A program made the position numbers and the translations under genes. Below, piece after piece: positions 37,401 to 46,400 of a stretch of DNA of 64,000 nt. This DNA is from Nibricoccus sp. (lineage in GTDB: Bacteria; Verrucomicrobiota; Verrucomicrobiia; Opitutales; Opitutaceae), in assembly GCA_047602425.1 (NCBI GenBank), contig JASGHG010000001.1:2048001-2112000 (forward strand), read 5' to 3'. Within the stretch, counting starts at the first letter, position 1, and every line of letters begins with the position of its first letter. The notes under the pieces were generated by a model, which did not search any database, was not told where the DNA came from, and saw nothing but the letters and a program-made list of their open reading frames with translations.

Positions 37401-39737
37401 TCACCCGCTGATGATGCCTTTGGCTTTCCTCACGAGGTCCATGAATTCGTGACGGTAGCCATTCGCATCTTCGCCGAGACCGGACTCCGCCCAGCCTTGC
37501 ACCGCCTCGAAGGAGGTCGTGCCTTTGTGCGGCGACTCGCGCAGCAACATGCCGAATCCGGCAACGGCGGCAGCGAATTTGAAGTCCTGGCTCGCATTCG
37601 CGAACACTTCGCCGATGTCAATCAGCGGGAATTCCAACTTGCTGCTCACATCGGAAGACGGGGCTTTGTAGCGAAGCTTCAGGGTGAGTAGTTCGGGAGA
37701 CGCGTCGGCTTTGGCGGTCTTGGCATCTTTTTTGGCGGTGGCGGGCTGGTATTTCAATGGGTCGACCGCGGGGATGTCCGTCGGCGATTCGACGCCGACC
37801 GGCACGATTTCGTAGAGCGCTGTCACGGTGTGGCCCGCGCCGATTTCGCCGGCGTCGATCTTGTCGTTGTTGAAATCCTCCTTCTTGAGCATGCGGTTCT
37901 CGTATCCGATCAGGCGATACGACTGGACCCTGGCGGGGTTGAACTCGACCTGGATCTTCACGTCCTTCGCGATCGTCACGAGCGTGCCACTGAGCTGATC
38001 GGCGAGGAGCTTTTTCGCCTCGGCAAGGTTGTCGACGTAACCGTAGTTGCCGTTGCCCTTGTCGGCGAGCTTCTCGAGCGTGGAGTCCTTGTAGTTGTTC
38101 ATGCCGAAACCAAGCGCCGTAAGGAACACGCCGGACTTCGCCTTTTCCTCGACGAAGCGGATGAGGTCGCCCTGGTTGGTCACGCCGACATTAAAATCGC
38201 CGTCGGTGCAGAGCACGACGCGGTTGGCGCCGTCCTTGATGAAGTTGGCCTTGGCGATGTCGTAGGCGAGCTGGATGCCCATCGCGCCGTTGGTCGAGCC
38301 GCCCGGCCGCAACGCGTCGATCGCGTCGAGGATTTCCTGCTTCTGCGAGATTGGCGTCGAAGGCAGCGCGAGGCCCGAGGCTCCGGCGTAGACTGCAATG
38401 GCCACGCGATCGGTCGGCTTGAGCTTCTCGACGAGCACGCGCATCGATTCCTTCACGAGCGGGAGTTTATTCGGCTCGTTCATGGAACCCGAAACATCCA
38501 ACAGGAACACAAGGTTCAGCACGGGACGTTCCACTTCGGAAAGTTCGCGGCCCTTCAGCCCGATGCGCACGAGGCGGTGCTGCGGATTCCAAGGCGCGCT
38601 GGCGACCTCCATCGTGGTGGCGAATGGCTTGTCGTCTTTTGGCGCAGTGTAGTTGTAAGGGAAATAATTGACCATTTCCTCGATGCGCACGGCATCGCGC
38701 GGCGGACGGCGGCCGAAGTTCAGGAAGCGCCGCAGGTTCGAATACGCCGCGGTGTCGACATCGATGGAGAACGTCGAAAGCGGATTGCCCGCGGTGTCGA
38801 GATAGCTGTTATCGACAATCTGGTCGTAGGTCTCGGTGTTGAAGGACTTGGCGGCTCCGCCGACGGCGGCGACAGCGACTTCCGCCGGCATTTCCATGCG
38901 AGGCGGTTCGGTGGCGACGCTGAAACTATTCAGCGCAATCATCCCTTCGTTGTTTGAGGCCAGCGGCGGCGGAGCGGAAGGCACTCCACGAGCCCGCCCT
39001 GCAGGCGCCGCTGCGGCTTCCTGGCGTTTTTGCATTTGGGAGCGGACTGAATTCTGAACCACCGCACCCACGTCGCTCGCCGCCAAGGAGCCCAAACTTT
39101 GATTAAACGTAACGGTGCTCGGCTGCTGCAATGCGAGCGCAGTCGCGCTGCCCTGGCGCTGCCCTTCGACATTCATTTTTTCGAGCTGTACGACCTCGGG
39201 ATACATGTCGTTTTTGGCGTCCGGCTTCGCCTTATCCGCGAAGGATGGCAGGTGGACGACGTCATCGCCGTCCTTCTTCAATTCGACCTCGATCAAACCG
39301 CGGCTGATCGCATCGAGCTTGGCCATCTCCGCGGCCATTTTGCGCTGTTGCACCGCCTCGGCTTTCAGCTGGGCGAGCCTGACGTCCTCACGTTTCAATT
39401 TTTGATCCTGCAAAACGAAGATTGCCGCCACACAGGCGGCGGCCAAACCGCCCACGAGGTAGAAGGGCAGGCGCAGAAACTTGCGCGGACGATAGGCTTC
39501 GCGCGCAGTCGGCGGTGCATCCTTCACTTGCGGCGGCGGCACGACGAAGGGCAAGGGCTCCTTGGCGAGGGCGGCGGAGAGATCGCCGCTGAGCGCGCGG
39601 ATTTGCGCGACGGTTGCCTGCGCGGCGGGATTGTCTTTGAGCGCCGCTTCAACGGCCACGTGTTCGGCGGCGTCGAGTTCGCCGAGGGCATAGGCGGTCA
39701 GGCGGGGATCGTCGGGCGTGAGATGGGAAATTTTCAT
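37401..39737 (-). CDS. anti-sigma-like N-terminus fused to YfbK-type vWA/DUF3520 protein
   Basis: LTAYALGELD anti-sigma-like helix, TM, PLSTFSIDVDTA.Y, LVFLLDVSGSM (MIDAS), TIAKDVKIQVEFNP, DAGEIGAGH.VTALYE. Confidence 0.88.
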   Translation of the reverse strand: MKISHLTPDDPRLTAYALGELDAAEHVAVEAALKDNPAAQATVAQIRALSGDLSAALAKEPLPFVVPPPQVKDAPPTAREAYRPRKFLRLPFYLVGGLAAACVAAIFVLQDQKLKREDVRLAQLKAEAVQQRKMAAEMAKLDAISRGLIEVELKKDGDDVVHLPSFADKAKPDAKNDMYPEVVQLEKMNVEGQRQGSATALALQQPSTVTFNQSLGSLAASDVGAVVQNSVRSQMQKRQEAAAAPAGRARGVPSAPPPLASNNEGMIALNSFSVATEPPRMEMPAEVAVAAVGGAAKSFNTETYDQIVDNSYLDTAGNPLSTFSIDVDTAAYSNLRRFLNFGRRPPRDAVRIEEMVNYFPYNYTAPKDDKPFATTMEVASAPWNPQHRLVRIGLKGRELSEVERPVLNLVFLLDVSGSMNEPNKLPLVKESMRVLVEKLKPTDRVAIAVYAGASGLALPSTPISQKQEILDAIDALRPGGSTNGAMGIQLAYDIAKANFIKDGANRVVLCTDGDFNVGVTNQGDLIRFVEEKAKSGVFLTALGFGMNNYKDSTLEKLADKGNGNYGYVDNLAEAKKLLADQLSGTLVTIAKDVKIQVEFNPARVQSYRLIGYENRMLKKEDFNNDKIDAGEIGAGHTVTALYEIVPVGVESPTDIPAVDPLKYQPATAKKDAKTAKADASPELLTLKLRYKAPSSDVSSKLEFPLIDIGEVFANASQDFKFAAAVAGFGMLLRESPHKGTTSFEAVQGWAESGLGEDANGYRHEFMDLVRKAKGIISG

Positions 39738-39757
39738 CGGTTCGTTCTCCTTGTATT

Positions 39758-40282
39758 TCAGGTGCGCTGCGCGGCGTATTCGGCGCGGAGGCGGGTGACG
39801 GCGTGGTGGATCAAAACGCCGACGTGGCTCACGGAGTGAGCGGTGATGCGGCTGATTTCCTTGTAGCTGAAGCCGCTCTGGAATTTGAGTCTTAGTACTT
39901 CCTGCTGGTTCGGCGGTAGCTTGTCGATCATGCGCAGGAGGGCATCGTGGGTTTCCTCCGCTTCGAGGGAACGCGTTGGCCGGGGGTCCTCGGTGCTCAC
40001 GCGCTCCAGTTCGCCTTCTTCAAAGCGTTTCATGCGCCCCTCCTTCCGCATGACGTCGAGCGCACGATGGCGGCAGACCGTGAAAAGCCATTCGGCGAGG
40101 TGGCCGTTAACCGCCGCGGGCGGCTGGCCCATGAGTTTAACAAAAGTATCCTGAACGATGTCGCGCGCGCGATCGGGGTCGCCGACCAGACGCGTCGCGT
40201 AGCGAGTGAGCGGCGATTGATAGTCCGCCACCGCGTTCTGCACAAAATTCTCAGCGTGTTCATGGGAGTTATCCCGGTTCAT
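39758..40282 (-). CDS. ECF RNA polymerase sigma factor
   Basis: ARDIVQDTFVKL, WLFTVCRHRALD, LPPNQQEVL.L...GFSYKEIS. Confidence 0.93.
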   Translation of the reverse strand: MNRDNSHEHAENFVQNAVADYQSPLTRYATRLVGDPDRARDIVQDTFVKLMGQPPAAVNGHLAEWLFTVCRHRALDVMRKEGRMKRFEEGELERVSTEDPRPTRSLEAEETHDALLRMIDKLPPNQQEVLRLKFQSGFSYKEISRITAHSVSHVGVLIHHAVTRLRAEYAAQRT

Positions 40283-40386
40283 TTTGGGGTCTCTGGTTGA
40301 AGTGACCTACGCTGGGTTTAACGCACGAACACGCGCTTTCTTACTAAAAATCTTTTCGCGGCCTTCCGCCGCCTCGGAGCTCCGGG

Positions 40387-41106
40387 TTAATGCTTGCGCT
40401 TGTAGACCACGCGAGTGTCGCAGAAGTGGTCGTGCATGGCGCGTTTCTCGGAGTCGAAGCCGGCAACAATGTAGCCGATGCAAAGCGTGAAGTACTTCGC
40501 GAGAACCTCGGAAAAATAGCGGCCAACAATCTGGCCAGTCCCGAGCGAATCGCCGCGCGTGCTTATCACCTGCAAGCCGAAGATCATTTTACCCGGGGTG
40601 GCGGCGAACTTCTTTAGGAAGAACCAGTAGAACGCCAAACGGATGACGCTATCCAAAAATGCCAGCAGCATGATGCGCTGAAAGAGCGGCTGCATCGCCT
40701 CCGGGCTCATCTGCAAAATATCGAACGGGTTGAGGTCTCCAAGACCGAGCGAACGCGTCAGCACTTGTGCGATTCCCCACAAAATCACCCAATCAATCAG
40801 CTTCGCCGCAACTCGGATCCAAAATCCCGCGTAGTTGACCCGCTCGCCCAAAATCGCCGAGACGTTAACGCTTTCGAAGGAGGCTGCAGGGCGCATATCC
40901 CCAACGGAGGGTTCGACAGACGGCGCTGTTCGTATCTCGGGCGGCGGCAGCGTCGACTCGACCTCGGCGTACGTTTTCCAATCCGCCATGCCGTGCTTCC
41001 AGACGAGCGTTTCTTCGCGAATGATTTTTTCGCGCGCGAGCCGCGCAAATTCCGAATCGCTCACCGGGCCGAGCCGCTGGTTGTTATTGGCGTAGTACCA
41101 AGGCAT
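40387..41106 (-). CDS. GYF_2 (DUF4339) + RDD family membrane protein
   Basis: WYY...QRLGPV..TLVW..GM.DW; YAGFWIRVAAKLID, TPGK, HDHFCDTRVV. Confidence 0.88.
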   Translation of the reverse strand: MPWYYANNNQRLGPVSDSEFARLAREKIIREETLVWKHGMADWKTYAEVESTLPPPEIRTAPSVEPSVGDMRPAASFESVNVSAILGERVNYAGFWIRVAAKLIDWVILWGIAQVLTRSLGLGDLNPFDILQMSPEAMQPLFQRIMLLAFLDSVIRLAFYWFFLKKFAATPGKMIFGLQVISTRGDSLGTGQIVGRYFSEVLAKYFTLCIGYIVAGFDSEKRAMHDHFCDTRVVYKRKH

Positions 41107-41347
41107 ATTTCGCCCCCGAATTTCCCGGCCCCGACGCGCCAACGCAATGGGAAACTTTGCCCTGAATCCGCCCACGCTCCCGGCTGGGATTTCTCGAATT
41201 TCGCGCAACCGCCGCTCGATAGCGGAAAATCCACCGCAACCTACGAGCCTATTTTAAACGCAAACTTCCACGTCGTGTGACCGTGCGCGCATTTTCTTTT
41301 GGTGTATTTTGAGTCTTTTTGTGGCCAACCTCTGCTAGATTTCTCTT

Positions 41348-42958
41348 ATGCGCACACTCACTGCCGCACTTTTCGTCTTCGCCGCCTTCGCGCCCTGCGA
41401 TGTTTTCGCCAAACGCGAGTCACCCGTCGAACAAGCCATCCGCACTCATACGCTTCTTCTCGGCAATGGCGCCGAACCCCGCGACCTCGATCCTCACGTC
41501 GTCAACGCTTATACCGACTACAACATCCTTATCGCCCTCTTCGAAGGGCTCACCGTGCTTGATGAAGCCACATCGCGCCCGCTGCCCGGCATGGCCGAAC
41601 GTTGGGATATCTCCAACGACGGACTCGTCTACACCTTCCATCTTCGCGCCGACGCCACGTGGTCCAATGGTGACGCTCTTACGGCCGACGATTTTGTTTT
41701 TTCGATGGAGCGCATCCTTTCGCCAGACCTCGCTTCGCAATATGCCTACATGCTCGCCCCGATCAAAGGCGCCGAGGATTACACCGCTGGCAAAATTAAA
41801 AACTTCGCCGAAGTCGGCGTCCGCGCCCTCGATCCCCGCACACTCCAGATCACCCTCGCCCGACCCACTCCCTATCTCCTATCGCTCGCCGCACACCAGG
41901 CCTGGTTCCCCGTGCACAAGTCCACCATCCTCAAGTTCGGCAAAGCCCACGACCGGGATACGCGCTGGACCCGCCCCGAAAACCTCGTCGGCAACGGCCC
42001 GTTCACCCTCGTCTCGTGGGAACCCAATGTGCGCATCGTGGTGAAAAAAAATCCGCGCCATCACGACGCTGCCACCAACCGCATCGAACAAGTCGTGTTT
42101 TTCCCGTACGACGATCCCGCGACTGAAGAACGCGCCTTCCGCACCGGCCAGCTTCACGCGACTTACAGCGTGCCCACGAGCCGCATCCCGGTTTATCGCA
42201 CTCAAAACCCCTCTCCTCTCCGCATCGAACCATTACTCGAAACCAATTATTTTCGCTTCAATGTCACCAAGCCTCCCTTCGACGACCCCCGCGTGCGCCG
42301 CGCCCTGAGCCTGGCCCTTGATCGCGCCACCATTGTGCGCGCGGTTCTTCAGGATACCCGCCTGCCCGCCGCCTCCCTCGTCCCGCCCAATACCGCGGGG
42401 TACAACTCCACCGCCCGCGCCACCACCGACTTCGCCGCCGCCCGCAAACTCCTGGCCGAAGCTGGATTTCCCGGTGGAAAAGGGTTCCCCCGCGTGGAGC
42501 TTCAATACAGCACGCCCGTGATCGATCCCAAGGTTGTCGAGGCCGTCCAGGAAATCTGGCGCCGGGAACTCGGCATCGACGTCGCCCTCGCCGCCCTTGA
42601 ATTTCGCGTGCACATCGACAACCAGCACAGCCTCGCCTTCCAGATTTCCGCCTCGCGCTGGATCGGCGATTACAACGACCCCTCGACCTTCACCGACCTC
42701 ATGCTTTCGGTGGGCGGCAACAACGACACGGGCTGGAAAAGCCCGGCCTACGACCAACTCGCCGACGAAGCTGCGCGCGAACGCGACGAGGCCAAGCGTT
42801 ACGCTCTCCTGCAAAAAGCCGAACAGCTTGTTATCGATGAGGCGCCGGTCGCCCCGTTCTATTTCGGCACCCGCGTTTATCTGATTCGTCCAGAAGTGAA
42901 AGGTTGGGTCTCCACCCTTCTCGGCATCCATCGGTACCAGACGCTCTCGCTCGAATAG
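41348..42958 (+). CDS. oppA: peptide ABC transporter substrate-binding protein (OppA-like)
   Basis: EPRDLDP, LFEGL, DGLVYTFHLR.DA.WSNG..LTA.DF, NGPF, PFDDPRVRRAL, WIGDYNDP. Confidence 0.9.
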   Translation: MRTLTAALFVFAAFAPCDVFAKRESPVEQAIRTHTLLLGNGAEPRDLDPHVVNAYTDYNILIALFEGLTVLDEATSRPLPGMAERWDISNDGLVYTFHLRADATWSNGDALTADDFVFSMERILSPDLASQYAYMLAPIKGAEDYTAGKIKNFAEVGVRALDPRTLQITLARPTPYLLSLAAHQAWFPVHKSTILKFGKAHDRDTRWTRPENLVGNGPFTLVSWEPNVRIVVKKNPRHHDAATNRIEQVVFFPYDDPATEERAFRTGQLHATYSVPTSRIPVYRTQNPSPLRIEPLLETNYFRFNVTKPPFDDPRVRRALSLALDRATIVRAVLQDTRLPAASLVPPNTAGYNSTARATTDFAAARKLLAEAGFPGGKGFPRVELQYSTPVIDPKVVEAVQEIWRRELGIDVALAALEFRVHIDNQHSLAFQISASRWIGDYNDPSTFTDLMLSVGGNNDTGWKSPAYDQLADEAARERDEAKRYALLQKAEQLVIDEAPVAPFYFGTRVYLIRPEVKGWVSTLLGIHRYQTLSLE

Positions 42959-43063
42959 CTTCATTTCGAACGGAGCGGGCCCTTCCATTTCGAGCCTCAG
43001 GCCGAGGGCGACTTGTGCCGATATTAAGGATGTAACCGGACAGCCTTACATCTCTAAGCCGCC

Positions 43064-43363
43064 ATGCCGCTCGGCGATTACAATCACTATCGCCATGGCC
43101 ACCACCCGTCGACGTGGGGGCAAGCTTCGCACGCGCTTGACTCAAAAACCCTGACGTGGCTCCCGGACGCGATCGCCACCGTAGAAGAAACTGTGCATCG
43201 CGGACGCTTGCTCACGCCATCTGAGGCGATGGCGCTCGCATGTGGCGAAGCGCGCCAAGACGAAACACTGTACTCGATTGCGCTAAAATTTTCGTATCGG
43301 CACGACTTGGATCTGGACGTGCTGTTGAAGGCGCTGCAGCAGCGGTTTCCAGGGTACGCGTGA
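43064..43363 (+). CDS. hypothetical protein (99 aa)
   Basis: Only plausible ORF in the gap; FliA-like element and palindrome upstream. Confidence 0.45.
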   Translation: MPLGDYNHYRHGHHPSTWGQASHALDSKTLTWLPDAIATVEETVHRGRLLTPSEAMALACGEARQDETLYSIALKFSYRHDLDLDVLLKALQQRFPGYA

Positions 43364-43413
43364 GCTTCAGGAGAAGATTACACCAACTCACTTCACCTCA
43401 ATGCAGCATGCCC

Positions 43414-43447
43414 AAAAAAAAAGGCCGGCGTTTTGCACGCCGGCCTT
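43414..43447 (-). terminator. Rho-independent terminator
   Basis: AAGGCCGGCGT-tttgc-ACGCCGGCCTT with an A9 run on the + side. Confidence 0.85.
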
Positions 43448-43475
43448 GAAGTTTAGTTCAGTGGGTTAGTTTCGA

Positions 43476-46400
43476 TTACAGACCCGGGTCGATCAACAGA
43501 CCGTTGCCATTGAGCGTCAGGTTGTCGGCTGCAACGCGTCCGGTGAGCTTGGCGCTGCCGTTAATTGTCACCCGACCATTCGGAATGACAACCGAGGCGC
43601 TCAAGGAGACGCTGCCGTTCAAGGTGAGATCACCATTGGCGATCTCGAGCGTGAAGGGCTGATCGGCTGCGCCCGACGCACCGGCGCCGTTGAAGTTGAC
43701 CCCGTTGGCGAGACGAAGCACCACCGGCCCGACGATCTGGATGGTCGAGTTACCATTCATCGTGAGGCGCTGCAGATTATAGACCGCTGGTTCGGTCGCA
43801 CCGGCAACACCGAGGACGAAGGTGTTGTTGCCGTTCGAGGTCAGGTCACCGTAAGTACCAGCAGGGATCGCAACCGCGCCGATCGCGCCGTTCAACGTGA
43901 GGTTGCGCAACGTCGCGAAGTCGCCGATTGGATCTGTTGCCTTGTTCAGGTAAACATAGCGTGTGCCAGCAGGCTGCGGCACAGCGGCGACCACCGGCAA
44001 TGCGGGAGCGTCGACACGGCGCACAGCGTGACGGAGGACCGCGCCGCCGTTCAGCGTAACGCCGTAGTTATTCGGCGTTTCAATACCGGTGAAGTCGAGC
44101 GTGCCGCCGTAGGTGGGACTGCCATTGAGGCGAACCGTTGGCAGACCGGACACGAGGAGATCGAGGGAGACCATCGCTCCACCGTTCAGCGTCACCCATT
44201 CGCCGGCGATCATCTGCACCGAACCATCGACATCGCCATTCAACGTTGGTGCATGACGCACGGTTGCGGTGGCGGCGATCTTGAAGGAACCTGTCGCGGA
44301 GCCTTCGTAGTTGGCTTCGTCAATCGTGGCCGTAACCGCGTAGGTGCCGGGATAAGTCGGCGAAGAAGTCAGTCCGTCGTAGGTGAAGGCAACATTGAGA
44401 TCGGCGGGAGCAGTCGTGGCCGTCGGATTGAGCGGCTGACCCGTGTACGAACGGAGCAGATCGCTCAAGGTCACGGTCGCTGGAGCCTTTGCAATGGTTA
44501 TGGTCAGCATGGCGTTGCCCGTGCCCGCGATATTGGTCGCGCCAATTTCGAGCGTGTACGTGCCAGCCGCGGAAGGTATGCCGGAAATCACACCCGTCGC
44601 AGTGTCGAGCGCGAGACCAGGGGGCAGGCTCGAAGCGCTGAAGCTCGTAGGCACATTGCCCGCAGTGATGGCGTAACTGAAGGGCGTGCCGTACATGCCG
44701 TCGGCGGCCGTGGCGCTCGTGATGAAGGGCGTGCCGACAATCGTCATCTGCAGCGTGTTGCCGACGAGTGCGAACGAGGCGGCAAATCCGGCGGGCAGGC
44801 CGGTGGCAGAGAAGTCCGCCGCGTTGAAATCGGTCGAGCCGAAGGTGCCCACGGTGTAGACGTTGCCTGCGGCGAAAGCCGGACCGGTCGTGCAGGCAAA
44901 TGAATAACTGCCTGCCGTGCCCTTGAGGAGCGCGCCGGAAATCACCAGACCGTCGGAGCCGGTATCGAGATTGACCGAAACACTGCCGCCCGAATTCCAG
45001 GTCAGAGACGAACCAGTCACCTCGCCCAAGCCGGCAACCCCGGGAGCGATGGTGCCGCCGTCGCCCAGTGCAATGCCGCGATTGAGCGTGCCGGTGACGA
45101 CAAGCTTGCCGCCGTTGTTGACGGTGACGTTGCCACCCGCGCCGACCACGCCGGAAACGAGCAGCGTGCCCGCGTCGACGGAAACGTCACCGGTGAAGGT
45201 GTTGGTGCCAGCCAGATTCAACGTGCCGAGACCCGTTTTGCTGAAACCGCCCGTGCCGGTGAGAGATCCACCCAGCACAATGTCAAAAGCCGAACCATTG
45301 GCATCGCCAGCCCGGATCGCGGAATCGGCTGGAGTGCCGGCAAGTGCGATTGGATGCGTGGTGCCCCAGGAAGCGATCGCGCCGAGCACGCCGCTGTTCA
45401 GTGTCACCGAGGAATTCAGACCGCTCGTACCGTTTTTCACAATGCCTCCCGAACCGAGATTGAGTTCGCCAGTCGCGATCGAAACCGTGGCCGAACCAGC
45501 TGTTACGGTAGAATCATAGCCGAGTGTGAGCCGCGCGAGGTTGGTCGCGCCACCGGTGATCAGGAGCTTCGAGACGTTGTTGGCGTTTGTCCCGGGGTTG
45601 CGCGACATGATCAGACCGTAAGCGGAATCGAGCACATTGAGCTCGCCGCCGGAGACGTAGATCACGCCGCCGCGTGTCGAGGTGACTTGATAGCCGTTGT
45701 GAACGACACCAGTGACAGTGAGTTTGCCACCAGAGACGGTCATGCCGCCCCAGGAATTGCCCGTGCCAAGGCCGATGGTGCCAACAGTGGATTCGCCGCC
45801 GCCGATGAGGACGCCGGTGTTCACCGTCTGCGCTTCAGAGTCGCCACTGCGCTGGAACGTGATGTCGTCGGCCGTCATCACGCCTCCCGTTACTCTCACC
45901 CAAGCGTTGCGAGCATTGGATGGAATAATCTTTTTGAACGCCGCGGTACCGCCGCTGACCCAAACGCCTGTACCTGTGCCGGAGGTTAGCGTGATGTTGC
46001 CCGGCGTGCTGAAGGAGCCACCCGAAATGCGCAATTGCTGCGACGTCGCAATCGCGACGGAAGCCGGGGTAAATGAACCTCCCTCGCCCACTTCGACAAT
46101 GCCCTTCGTGATCGTAAGCGCCCCGGTCAATTGGGGATTAGGCTGGGTTAGTTTCAGGGTGCCCACGCCGGTCTTGGTCCAGCCCGTGGCACAAACGAGG
46201 CTTGCATCAAGAATCGTCGGGGTGGCGTTGGCCGCAGGCACATCCGCCGTGTCGCCCGTCGGCGTCGTGGCACCATCGATTTGGATGGTAGGCGTGCCAG
46301 CGCTCGCGAGCGTCAGTGTGTTGGCCGAGTTGCCGCCATTGGTGATCGTCCAACTCGCCGGGCTCGAAAAATCAACATCGCCCGTAATGAGACGCCCGAC

